Source: a virus. Taken from it: a stretch of DNA of 64,000 bases. Each line of letters opens with the position of its first letter. Position 1 is the first letter of the stretch. Position numbers and translations under genes: made by a program. The notes below the pieces were generated by a model, which was given only the letters and a program-made list of their open reading frames with translations, searched no databases and was not told the DNA's origin. The stretch spans positions 7,672 to 71,671 of IMG/VR virus record IMGVR_UViG_3300012003_000003; one strand, written 5' to 3'. This document shows, piece by piece, positions 18,782 through 27,757 of the stretch.

Positions 18782-19645
18782 ATGGGTAAAGAAACTGGAA
18801 TAAGTTGGACGGACGCCACCTGGAACGTAGCGAGGGGCTGTACTAAGGTGGATGCAGACTGTAAATATTGCTATATGTACCGTCAAAGCCTTAATGACAC
18901 ACGGTATAAGGCCGACCAAGTGTTAAAGACAAAATCGGTATTTACACTGCCACTTCATTACAAAGAAACCGTTTCGGGTTGTTGGGGCGGCAATCCGTTA
19001 ATCTTTACCTCGTCACTCACCGACTTTTTTCACGAGGATATAGATGCGTTCAGGGACGAGTGTTGGGATATTATACGCAAATGTCCGCACCTGACATTTC
19101 AGATATTAACCAAACGGCCAGAGCGCATTAAAGATCACCTGCCCGCCGATTGGGGTGATGGATGGGATAATGTATGGTTGGGCACATCCATAGGCAGCAA
19201 TGCAGGGTTGGAGCGCCTATTTAATCTTCATGCTGTTATTGCCAAAACAAAATTCCTGTCATTAGAACCGCTTTATGAATGTTTGGATTTAATGTATCCA
19301 GAGTGTGTGTTTCCTAACGGGCCGGAAAGGTGTTGTGATGGATATATGTGTGGGTGCATGGGGTTGCCAGTTGACCAACCAATACTTCATGGTATTCAAT
19401 GGGTTATAGTTGGCGGGGAAAGTGGTAATGATAACGGAAAATATAAATACCGTGAATGTAAGCTTGAATGGATTGAACAAATCGTATCGGATTGTAAAAT
19501 CCTCCATATACCTGTATTTGTTAAACAGGTTGGTACATACCTTGCAAAAGAATTGGGTATGAGCGAGCGCCACGGAGGTAATTTTGACGAGTTTCCTCCG
19601 TCTATTCAATTCAGAGAGTTTCCAAACATAAAATACAGATCTTAA
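18782..19645 (+). CDS. DUF5131 (Gp37/Gp68) radical-SAM-like protein
   Basis: ISWTDATWN..GCTKVDADCKYCY, FQILTKRPER, WVIVGGESG, PVFVKQ. Confidence 0.9.
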   Translation: MGKETGISWTDATWNVARGCTKVDADCKYCYMYRQSLNDTRYKADQVLKTKSVFTLPLHYKETVSGCWGGNPLIFTSSLTDFFHEDIDAFRDECWDIIRKCPHLTFQILTKRPERIKDHLPADWGDGWDNVWLGTSIGSNAGLERLFNLHAVIAKTKFLSLEPLYECLDLMYPECVFPNGPERCCDGYMCGCMGLPVDQPILHGIQWVIVGGESGNDNGKYKYRECKLEWIEQIVSDCKILHIPVFVKQVGTYLAKELGMSERHGGNFDEFPPSIQFREFPNIKYRS

Positions 19646-19656
19646 ATTTTATAACG

Positions 19657-20100
19657 ATGAAATTCTATAAGAAAAAAACAATTACCCGAAGCGAAGGTAT
19701 TCCGTACCTGATACGCTACAGCCTATTCTCCTGCCGGTTATTTGCCGTAAAGGTTCACCATATCTTAATGAGCGATGATGCGTGCCTCCACAGCCATCCC
19801 TGGCCCTTCATAAGCATTATTTTGCGTGGGGGATATACCGAACAGCGCTTTGTTAATACGCCGCCTAAACAGTACAATGCGTGGCTATCTAACCGCCGGA
19901 GAAAGACCCACACATGGTATAGGGCAGGAAGTTTCCTTTGGCGGCCTAAAGATAGTGTGCACAGATTGGTTTTGCCTAAAGGCAAGACAGCCTGGACACT
20001 GGTGATCACCTTTAAAAAGGTACAGGATTGGGGATTCTTCACGCCTAAAGGCTTTGTCAACTGGAAAGAGTATCACGAGGATGGAGGGTGTGAGGCATGA
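19657..20100 (+). CDS. Cupin-like phage protein
   Basis: LHSHPWPFISIILRGGYTE...HRLVL...WTLV..WGF. Confidence 0.7.
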   Translation: MKFYKKKTITRSEGIPYLIRYSLFSCRLFAVKVHHILMSDDACLHSHPWPFISIILRGGYTEQRFVNTPPKQYNAWLSNRRRKTHTWYRAGSFLWRPKDSVHRLVLPKGKTAWTLVITFKKVQDWGFFTPKGFVNWKEYHEDGGCEA

Positions 20101-20131
20101 GCCGTAAACGGGTTTATAAACATATTTCATA

Positions 20132-20863
20132 ATGGGAAGGCAAATACTTACATGTAGAGTTACCGTCATTGAGTCTTTTAGACAATGGATAGAATCTTCT
20201 GACCAAGAAGATAAACCATGGATAAACGAAAATTCGGTTTTGTCAAATATTAAGGGAATTGAAACATTCAATATTAAGGCAAAATTCGGTTCGGCCGGAC
20301 ACAGTATCATTGAGGAAGCGCCAAGGTATGCTACCATAGGTGGGTATGCAGTGGATGGTTTTACATTTACCGAGCACCAGGCTAAACCGATGATCAAGTT
20401 TCGTAATGACCATCCACTAATGACCCGCGAGCTGGCGCTGAGCAAGCTGTACCATACGCCATACTTTGACATTATCATTACGGGAACTACGGACCATTTA
20501 GAGGGAAATATACTCCGAGATACAAAATTCAAATTTAGTACTTATGATGTTTCTGATTTTATCAGCAGCTTTCAATGGAGATGTTATTTAGACATGATAG
20601 GGCTAGATATTTTTTGGTATGATTTTTTCAAAGTTTCTGGTTTTAACACAATTGAAGATTGTCCAAGCGCCAGGATATCGGATTGCGAAAGCATGATGGT
20701 AAAGCGATATCCCAGTATGGATGCTGATATACAGGAAACCATTAATGAGTTTGCTCAGTTTATCAATTTTAAAGGATTAGAGCAACACTTAAAAATTACA
20801 CCTGAAAAATATAAAAGAATATTAAGAGGCGACAGTAGTTTAAAAAAAATCATATCTTTATGA
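20132..20863 (+). CDS. PD-(D/E)XK exonuclease-like protein (probable Sak4 partner)
   Basis: FGSAGHSIIE, GTTDHL..LRDTKFK, QWRCYL. Confidence 0.7.
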   Translation: MGRQILTCRVTVIESFRQWIESSDQEDKPWINENSVLSNIKGIETFNIKAKFGSAGHSIIEEAPRYATIGGYAVDGFTFTEHQAKPMIKFRNDHPLMTRELALSKLYHTPYFDIIITGTTDHLEGNILRDTKFKFSTYDVSDFISSFQWRCYLDMIGLDIFWYDFFKVSGFNTIEDCPSARISDCESMMVKRYPSMDADIQETINEFAQFINFKGLEQHLKITPEKYKRILRGDSSLKKIISL

Positions 20864-20988
20864 CGCTTTACAACTCAATACAAAATGACAGCAGATCATT
20901 AACGTTTAAAAATATAATCAGCGGGCCGGTGAATCCTTCCTCTTTTGGATTGGGTTGTAAAGCACACCGCCCCCTGGTTTCTTTTTTT

Positions 20989-21543
20989 ATGCAAACAGAA
21001 ATAAATTTTGATGTTGAGGTTTGGAAAGATGTTCCAGGTTATGAAGGCTTATATCAAGTAAGTTCTTTGGGAAAATTTAGATCATACGACTCATTAAAGA
21101 TTGCTTTTGGCAAAGGATATTATACTCAAAAGGGTAGAATATTAAAACAATCAAAAGAAAAAAACGGGTATTTAAGAATTGCTCTTTTTAAGGATTTGGT
21201 TAATATAAAATACAGGGCCCATAGAATAGTAGCAGAGGTTTTTGTTCCCAATCCTGAACACAAAGATCAAGTAAACCACATCAACGGTATAAAGACCGAT
21301 AACAGAGCCGTGAATGTAGAATGGGTTACCGCTTCTGAAAATCAAATACACGCTGTAACAACGGGCCTTCGACCAATAGGTGAAGATATTTATTGCGCAA
21401 AGGTAACAGAGAATCAGGTTTTAATATTTAGGGAGGAATATGCCTCCGGATTATCTGTTCCTGAAATATTTAGAAAGCATAATGTTTCGAGACACTTAGT
21501 AAACAGAATAGTTAAAAATAAAAGCTGGAAACATTTATTATAA
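20989..21543 (+). CDS. NUMOD4-HNH homing endonuclease
   Basis: EVWKDVPGYEGLYQVSSLG (NUMOD4), HRIVAEVF..QVNHINGIKTDNRAVNVEW. Confidence 0.92.
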   Translation: MQTEINFDVEVWKDVPGYEGLYQVSSLGKFRSYDSLKIAFGKGYYTQKGRILKQSKEKNGYLRIALFKDLVNIKYRAHRIVAEVFVPNPEHKDQVNHINGIKTDNRAVNVEWVTASENQIHAVTTGLRPIGEDIYCAKVTENQVLIFREEYASGLSVPEIFRKHNVSRHLVNRIVKNKSWKHLL

Positions 21544-21636
21544 ACCATCACAGATGCTAAGCGTAAGCGCATTGCAAGAGGGGATAGTAAACTTTTAAAA
21601 TTGATATAACATTATGAAAATTCAAACAAAATATTT

Positions 21637-21644
21637 TATCTTTG
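21637..21644 (+). promoter_or_regulatory. Bacteroidota -7 promoter element
   Basis: TATCTTTG matches the TAnnTTTG consensus, immediately upstream of the structured RNA. Confidence 0.65.
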
Positions 21645-22031
21645 GTCATTGTCGGAACATGCTTCGCAGGCTGATCCCTCACTCGTCTAAAGATATTTCA
21701 TTTCTTGGCTGTACGGTGTGTACAGATTCCGGTGAAAGCCGTAAGCCCTGCGAAGCACTGTATAACAACCGTCAGCCAAGAAATGATAATTTTCATGAGC
21801 CATCGAACATAGCCACAGCACCCATAAGCGGTGTAGTGGTCATTAACACCTTAAAAGGACCGTTCCCCGACGAGGGTAGTGGTAAGTTATCCTTATTGGT
21901 TAGGGATAATATGAATAAACAGGGTGGGGCAACTTCTTCCCTGAAACTAAGCGATACGACAAGTGACCGACTGCGGAGTTTGAATAAGGGTTTGCTCTCT
22001 AACGGGGGTAGGGGGCAAACTTCTTTTCTTT
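21644..22031 (+). ncRNA. Large structured non-coding RNA of unknown class
   Basis: Many long helices, an 11-bp pseudoknot, GNRA loops, closing P1 helix, upstream promoter and downstream hairpin plus pyrimidine tract. Confidence 0.75.
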
Positions 22032-22083
22032 CGCTCCTCAACTTCGTTCACTCTTGCGGTTGAACAATTAAAAAGTTAATAAA

Positions 22084-22635
22084 ATGAAAGTTATCTGTCC
22101 AGTTTGTAAAAAAGAGTTTGACGCCTTTCGAGGCGAAATAAACAGGGCTTTGAAAAATGGGTATGACGTAAGATGTAGTCAAGCATGTTCAGGACTTGCA
22201 AGGCGTAAAAACATAACCCCCGAACAGTTTAAAGCCAATAAAGCGGCGTATGATAAAAAGCGGAGAGAAGAAAAGTATTTAACCCATATAAAACCACAAA
22301 AACAAGCCTATGACAAAACCGAAGCAGGCAGGGAAGCCCAAAAACGAAGGCGACAAACAAGGATGCCAAAACACGTTGAATATTGCAGACAGCCACACTA
22401 TAAAGTTAAAAAAGTTGAGTACGATAAACGGCATAGATCCGAAAAGAATTATGGTGAATTTGCCGAAGTCTTTTTATTAACCGAACAAATTTTTACCCAC
22501 ATAGATAATAGAATAGTTAAATATCATCACGGATTAACAAATAAATCACAAATTAGAAAACGAAAATGGAAAACGCAACTAAACAGCCAAAACTTACCGC
22601 AGATGCCCTCAAAAGCGCTCTTTGGGAAACATTAA
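22084..22635 (+). CDS. Basic Zn-ribbon protein
   Basis: CPVC...CSQAC followed by a K/R-rich helix. Confidence 0.7.
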   Translation: MKVICPVCKKEFDAFRGEINRALKNGYDVRCSQACSGLARRKNITPEQFKANKAAYDKKRREEKYLTHIKPQKQAYDKTEAGREAQKRRRQTRMPKHVEYCRQPHYKVKKVEYDKRHRSEKNYGEFAEVFLLTEQIFTHIDNRIVKYHHGLTNKSQIRKRKWKTQLNSQNLPQMPSKALFGKH

Positions 22636-22793
22636 ACGATTTACGCACCGACAAGTGCGAACCGGGTAAGGCCGATAGTATCGCTACTCAGGCGAGAGAG
22701 ATACTAAGAACTGTAAACACCCAATTAAAGGTAGCCTCGGTAACCGGGCGCAAGGTATCGGTAGATGTTACCGACTTTGCGGAGAATAACTAA
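22566..22793 (+). CDS. Hypothetical protein
   Basis: 75-aa helical ORF. Confidence 0.65.
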   Translation: MENATKQPKLTADALKSALWETLNDLRTDKCEPGKADSIATQAREILRTVNTQLKVASVTGRKVSVDVTDFAENN

Positions 22794-22820
22794 CTTAAAA
22801 TCCGCAGAAATGCGGATAAT

Positions 22821-22891
22821 GCACCTATCGTTCAATGGTAGGACTACGCTTTTGTAATGCGTGTATTGGGGTTCGAATCCTCATAGGTGCT
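22821..22891 (+). tRNA. tRNA-Thr(UGU)
   Basis: Acceptor GCACCTA/TAGGTGC, D-arm GTTC-AATGGTA-GGAC, anticodon loop TTTGTAA, T-arm TGGGG-TTCGAAT-CCTCA; CCA not encoded. Confidence 0.85.
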
Positions 22892-22948
22892 CAAAAATAT
22901 ACTCTATATGGTATATAATGTTAAAATATACACTGATTAGCATATAAT

Positions 22949-23206
22949 ATGGAACAGATAAAAGCACCGTTTACGGACGAACAGGTTAAGGGATTAAATG
23001 AATATCAAAACTCGGGCGTATTCCACGAATTTACCTGTGGTAATTCTAAACATCCTGCAGATAAGGGGCGAACATTGGTAGCCTATAACGAGGGTTGGAA
23101 GTGCCCAAATTGCGATTATACCCAAAATTGGGCGTTTGCAAGCATGACAGACGGCAAGATGATTGAGGCGGGTAAAAAGTGGCTGTCCGATAAGATAAAA
23201 ACATAA
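22949..23206 (+). CDS. Hypothetical Zn-binding phage protein
   Basis: FHEFTCGN...GWKCPNCDYTQNWA. Confidence 0.7.
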   Translation: MEQIKAPFTDEQVKGLNEYQNSGVFHEFTCGNSKHPADKGRTLVAYNEGWKCPNCDYTQNWAFASMTDGKMIEAGKKWLSDKIKT

Positions 23207-23280
23207 TTCTGGCTTATACTTAAACAGGTTCAAACTTTGTAAGAAAAATAACAAGTATTTATAACAAAAACGCCAATACG

Positions 23281-24384
23281 ATGCAAAACGAAACCATTGA
23301 CCCTTATTATGAAGCCGAAGCCGCACAGGCATCCGACTACGCCGAGTATTTGGAAGAAGCCAGTAAGCCCCGCAAGGGAACTATTCATTATGGCTTTGGC
23401 GCTGAATACCTTCCTAAATGGGGCATCAAAGAAGCCCTGAGAGAGATTTATCAAAACTTCCTTGATTATGGCTATTATGAGGAAGAATATCAGATTAAGG
23501 ATGGCATAGTAAGCGTTAAACTAACAAATGCGTGGGCACCAGATAACCTCGAATACCTACGTATCGGAAATACCGGTAAAACCAATGGCAATTCTATTGG
23601 CCACCACGGCGAAGGTTTAAAAATGGCATTTCTGATTTTACACCGCAGCGGGTTTACCAGCATGATCTTTACCAACCGGTATGCTGTTTACCCCGAATGG
23701 TATAGCGACACCGAGATTGGCGATTGCTTTTGCTTTAATTACGAGATACACGAAATTCACGAATCACCCTATACGCTGGTGTTCGACTGCCCTGCCGAAG
23801 ATTGGCAGGCGTTTAAGGATAACCTGGTTAAACCTTCAGATGTGATTTACGCCCATCCCCAATATGGAGATCTATTAAGCAAGCCAGCTGGCAATATATA
23901 CTCAGGTGGATTGTTTGTGGCGTGTTTAAAGGGAATAAGCAGATCTTACAACATCAAACCATCCTTTATGCCGCTTGACAGGGATAGGTGCGTACCGCAA
24001 GCCTTTGACGTTGAATATTACAGCGCACAGATACTGGAAGCCTCCGCGGTTCTTACCGTAAAAGATTTGGGATATAGCGACACAAAGTATATCCGAAAGC
24101 TGCCCGCTAAAATGTATGATGATGTTAAACCGCGAAAGGTGGGTAACAGTATTGAGTTTACCATAAAGAATGAAGCCGGTAAGGACCAGCTCATAACCAA
24201 CGATGGTTTAAAGGAGCATCTTAAATCACACAGCCTATTCGCCAAGGCGATTGCCAGGCTAAAAAAGATGTTGGTTAAACATTTAGGGGTGTATGAGCTG
24301 CTGATTGCCTTTCGGGATAAGCACGTCAGGGGAACCGAAGCCCTGCAAGATTTTGAAATAATTTTAAACAAAATAGATAAATAA
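23281..24384 (+). CDS. GHKL (HATPase_c-like) ATPase
   Basis: WGIKEALREIYQNFLD, IGNTGK, IGHHGEGLKMA. Confidence 0.8.
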   Translation: MQNETIDPYYEAEAAQASDYAEYLEEASKPRKGTIHYGFGAEYLPKWGIKEALREIYQNFLDYGYYEEEYQIKDGIVSVKLTNAWAPDNLEYLRIGNTGKTNGNSIGHHGEGLKMAFLILHRSGFTSMIFTNRYAVYPEWYSDTEIGDCFCFNYEIHEIHESPYTLVFDCPAEDWQAFKDNLVKPSDVIYAHPQYGDLLSKPAGNIYSGGLFVACLKGISRSYNIKPSFMPLDRDRCVPQAFDVEYYSAQILEASAVLTVKDLGYSDTKYIRKLPAKMYDDVKPRKVGNSIEFTIKNEAGKDQLITNDGLKEHLKSHSLFAKAIARLKKMLVKHLGVYELLIAFRDKHVRGTEALQDFEIILNKIDK

Positions 24385-24388
24385 CGCC

Positions 24389-25432
24389 ATGCCAATTACC
24401 AAAGAACAAGCCGTACCAGGCACCACCGTTATGTACGGTGAACACAAATGCACCATACTACAAGGTGGATATGAAGATGCAGAATTAGGATTTATGGTTA
24501 AAACCTCCCGTTTCCCCGGCGGAATGCCACTTGACAAATATTCATTGTCTAATACTCAACAGTTAACCATAGTTGACAACGAACCACAAACGCAGACCAT
24601 TGTGTTTAAAGGCAAAATTGTCGGCGAATTAGAGGAAACTATCTTTACACCCGAATTAATTGCCGAAAGGTCAAAGCCATTATTAGCACTAAAGATAAAA
24701 GGTGTCTTTGATAGTAAAGGCGCCGAGGAAGTAAAAAAAGCCATTAATAAGGCGGTAAAGATGAGAACAGCTGTCGAAGGCATTGAAGAACCCATAATTA
24801 AAAACATCAATAGCCAAGCTAAAAAGGCGGTTGCGGCAGTCAGGGAAGTATCTAAGCCAATATATGAAGCCTGCTACGCCACGCAAAATACCTTACAGGC
24901 AACTTATGATGCGTGGGTGTTAGAAGTGCAGAAAGCCGAGAAAAAGGCGGCCGAAGAAGAATTGGCAAAGACGGTTGAAAGAGAAAATAAAATGTACGAG
25001 TTGGGTATGACTTTTAACGGGCAGGCATTCGTTGGGTACGGTAAGGCTATTACCAAAAACTCACTGTACAGCCTGGATGATGATAGCTTCAAGGGTATTG
25101 TAACAGAAATTGAAGGGTTGAATATTGAGCAGGATGTTACCGGGGAAGTGAAAGAAGCGCCAATTCCACCAATGTCTGTTGCGTCAATGACCGACGAACA
25201 ACACCGTAATTTCATTAATAATGGTGGATATGCAAAATCGACACAGTTGCCACCTTCAACGCCCATACCGCAGCCAAAGCGCTTTGAGAACCAGGTTTAC
25301 ACCTGTAGTGCCGGTGACTATTCTTTTCATCTAACTAAGGGAGTTGTTAATTCTGTTACCAATCAGGTGATCATTAACGAACGGGTTATGGAATCTGCAA
25401 TATATGTGCAGGTAGTTTATAACGGAATTTAA
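24389..25432 (+). CDS. Hypothetical coiled-coil protein
   Basis: 347-aa ORF. Confidence 0.7.
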   Translation: MPITKEQAVPGTTVMYGEHKCTILQGGYEDAELGFMVKTSRFPGGMPLDKYSLSNTQQLTIVDNEPQTQTIVFKGKIVGELEETIFTPELIAERSKPLLALKIKGVFDSKGAEEVKKAINKAVKMRTAVEGIEEPIIKNINSQAKKAVAAVREVSKPIYEACYATQNTLQATYDAWVLEVQKAEKKAAEEELAKTVERENKMYELGMTFNGQAFVGYGKAITKNSLYSLDDDSFKGIVTEIEGLNIEQDVTGEVKEAPIPPMSVASMTDEQHRNFINNGGYAKSTQLPPSTPIPQPKRFENQVYTCSAGDYSFHLTKGVVNSVTNQVIINERVMESAIYVQVVYNGI

Positions 25433-25435
25433 GAT

Positions 25436-25735
25436 ATGAACGAGGTAAAATTTAAACAATGGGAATGCACTGTTACTAAGGCCATGTATCAAAGCGGTAA
25501 CATTGCTTTAAGGCTTATTGGCAAAGATCTTCCTGTTTATGATAATCTTGTAGCTACGGGAACGGTTAATTTACCGGGACTTGCAGATAATGAGATAGCC
25601 ATTAAAGATTGGAGTGAAAACGAAGGCATGTACATTGCCCTATTGGGTGCTGATATTATCACCACTGCCCACCGATACGAAAAATCAGGATGGATAGAAG
25701 CAATCCCAGTTTGTTATTTAAAAGACGAGATATGA
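25436..25735 (+). CDS. Hypothetical protein (DUF4313-like)
   Basis: ATGTVNLP...AIKDWSENEGM. Confidence 0.6.
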   Translation: MNEVKFKQWECTVTKAMYQSGNIALRLIGKDLPVYDNLVATGTVNLPGLADNEIAIKDWSENEGMYIALLGADIITTAHRYEKSGWIEAIPVCYLKDEI

Positions 25736-26040
25736 ACAGATCAGTAGCAAAGGAGTTATCTTATACGGTAACGGGCGAACAGATTGAGGCAATGTTGTTA
25801 AATGCTAAAAACAGCATTACAGACTGGACTAAAGCATCGCCATTAAATAAAGGCTTGTCTTTAGGTAAGTCATATAATATATTTAGTGCTATTGACTGGA
25901 AGGGTGAAAAACATTGGCTGATTAAAAGGAATGCCTTATGCACCTTCGGTGATTATTTACCTGGCTATGTTAAAGAAGTTAAAACTAAAAAAGTTATTCC
26001 AGTTTATCACGAAAAACCAAATTTTAAAAATCATGGATAA
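25732..26040 (+). CDS. Hypothetical protein
   Basis: ATGA-coupled ORF. Confidence 0.6.
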   Translation: MNRSVAKELSYTVTGEQIEAMLLNAKNSITDWTKASPLNKGLSLGKSYNIFSAIDWKGEKHWLIKRNALCTFGDYLPGYVKEVKTKKVIPVYHEKPNFKNHG

Positions 26041-26206
26041 ATCAAATGAACAATTAGAATATGAAGATCAACAACGACTTCGTAGGCTTTATGACCAACA
26101 AGAATCCTATGACTATTCACTGGATGAAGATGGCATAAGAGAACGTTGTGACGATTGCGGCAGGTTTATTAATTCACATGGGCATTGTCCCAATTGCGAT
26201 TACTAA
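26033..26206 (+). CDS. Small Zn-finger protein
   Basis: CDDCGRF...HCPNCDY. Confidence 0.55.
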   Translation: MDKSNEQLEYEDQQRLRRLYDQQESYDYSLDEDGIRERCDDCGRFINSHGHCPNCDY

Positions 26207-26212
26207 GATAAT

Positions 26213-26289
26213 GGTTGGTATGGGTGCCGTTGTTGGCAGAATTGATAAGGACCATCAATTGCAGAGCGAATCTGCCCCATACCCCAACC
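26213..26289 (+). ncRNA. Four-way-junction (cloverleaf) structured element
   Basis: Four helices with a single unpaired junction base; intergenic. Confidence 0.55.
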
Positions 26290-26320
26290 TATGTGCTAAT
26301 AGGTTTTAATAATTGGTTAG

Positions 26321-26359
26321 AACCGGGTGAAAAGCGCAAGGTGTAAGCCCGGTTTTTTT
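26321..26359 (+). terminator. Intrinsic terminator
   Basis: AACCGGGT...GCCCGGTT followed by a T-run. Confidence 0.65.
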
Positions 26360-26379
26360 AAAAATGTAAAAAGTTAATT

Positions 26380-26712
26380 ATGGACATACAATATATAATA
26401 AAAAACTTCGGCGCTATCTTAAAGAAGATACGCCTTGAAAGGGGTTTAAAGCAGGGAGAGGTTGCCGGCGGCGCCGGAATGCACAAAAGTTCATACTGCC
26501 TTTTAGAGCAGGGTACCAGGTATCTAAATTTACACGATATGACAAAGTTGGCATCGTTTTACAATATGAACCTTTCCCAGCTAGGAGAGCGCCTGCAGCA
26601 ATCGCCAGCAGAACTTAACGAGATAGAGAAGCTGCGCATGGAGTTGGAAACTGCGCTTAAACAAAACGCCTGGTTAAAACAGGAATTGCAAACATTAAAG
26701 GAGGGTGTATAA
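26380..26712 (+). CDS. XRE-family HTH regulator
   Basis: FGAILKKIRLERGLKQGEVA...SYCLLEQG. Confidence 0.85.
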   Translation: MDIQYIIKNFGAILKKIRLERGLKQGEVAGGAGMHKSSYCLLEQGTRYLNLHDMTKLASFYNMNLSQLGERLQQSPAELNEIEKLRMELETALKQNAWLKQELQTLKEGV

Positions 26713-27302
26713 TGGCAAAAAATACAAGGTGGAGCTCTGATGACTTCCGTAAACAGGGATTAATAGAAACACCTAATGGCTTTATAAAGGCTGCTAAATT
26801 GGTTAATACCGGTAAGGTGGATAAGATAAAACTGCCCCCCGAATTTGTGTCGGTTAAAAATATTAATGCCCTATATCCGGATGGTAGGGTTGAGCCCGTT
26901 TTGCCAAAGGCTAACCGTAAAATTAAGAACGCTGTTAAATCAGAGGTTGACGGTGTTAAGTTTGATTCAAACCTCGAAAAATACATGTACGGGCTTTTAA
27001 AAGGCGCAGGGATAACGTTTGAGTTTCAGGTCGAGTATTTACTACAGGAAAAATTTCGTTATGGCAAAGAGGCTATAAGGGCCATTACATTAACCGTGGA
27101 TTTTTGGTTGCCAACCCGAAACATGATAATTGATACTAAAGGGTATGCAAATGACCGAGCGCCTATGAAGTATAAAATGCTTAAATGGTATTTATTTCAG
27201 GAGGTTAAACGGGCCGGTGGCGATTTACCAATAATTGAAACCCCGTCAAATAAAAAAGAGTGTGACTTACTGTTAAACAAAATTTTATACTGTAAATTAT
27301 GA
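26712..27302 (+). CDS. DUF1064-like PD-(D/E)XK endonuclease
   Basis: EVDGVKFDSNLE, FEFQVEY, VDFW..IIDTKG. Confidence 0.8.
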   Translation: MAKNTRWSSDDFRKQGLIETPNGFIKAAKLVNTGKVDKIKLPPEFVSVKNINALYPDGRVEPVLPKANRKIKNAVKSEVDGVKFDSNLEKYMYGLLKGAGITFEFQVEYLLQEKFRYGKEAIRAITLTVDFWLPTRNMIIDTKGYANDRAPMKYKMLKWYLFQEVKRAGGDLPIIETPSNKKECDLLLNKILYCKL

Positions 27303-27538
27303 TAATGGATATAGGCGGAATATACGCATCGGGCTTATTGGACGAATTGAAAAACTATTCTTGCGGTCAATCGATGCGTAACAACAGAATTTTAAGGCTA
27401 TATAACAGATTAATGAGAACTGGGCACCCATTTATAGCCCAACGTCTGGCTGATAAGTACCCTAATGCTATTCACATAAAGTCGGATGCTGTTATGGCTT
27501 TTGCTATGTCGCTGATGGCACAAGAAAATAATAAATAA
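27299..27538 (+). CDS. Hypothetical protein
   Basis: 79-aa coupled ORF. Confidence 0.5.
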   Translation: MIMDIGGIYASGLLDELKNYSCGQSMRNNRILRLYNRLMRTGHPFIAQRLADKYPNAIHIKSDAVMAFAMSLMAQENNK

Positions 27539-27541
27539 ACC

Positions 27542-27757
27542 ATGCTAAAAACACACTATAAAACCCTGCTAAATAAAAACATAATGTATAAAGATATTCT
27601 TTGCAAAATAGTTAAAGTGCCAGATCCGCCTGTTTATAACGCACTGCTTATTTACCCCGGCCGCTGTGATCAAAATATCGGCAACGGCAATGGAAGGAGC
27701 GTTGAGTTGTCGCCGTTAGAATTTGAGGTTGAAGTTTTTCAAACCGTAACACTATGA
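27542..27757 (+). CDS. Hypothetical protein
   Basis: 71-aa ORF. Confidence 0.5.
   Translation: MLKTHYKTLLNKNIMYKDILCKIVKVPDPPVYNALLIYPGRCDQNIGNGNGRSVELSPLEFEVEVFQTVTL

Noticed and set aside
21644-22031. Group I/II intron, tmRNA, RNase P or hammerhead identity
   Set aside because: No interrupted host gene, no tRNA-like ends, and no recognisable catalytic consensus by eye; needs cmscan to exclude formally
21614-22063. 149-aa ORF (and antisense 82-aa ORF) over the structured region
   Set aside because: No recognisable protein features, its ATG lies upstream of the promoter box, and the extensive pairing is better explained as RNA
22821-22891. Amber suppressor or Gln tRNA
   Set aside because: The anticodon at the loop centre is TGT, not CTA or TTG
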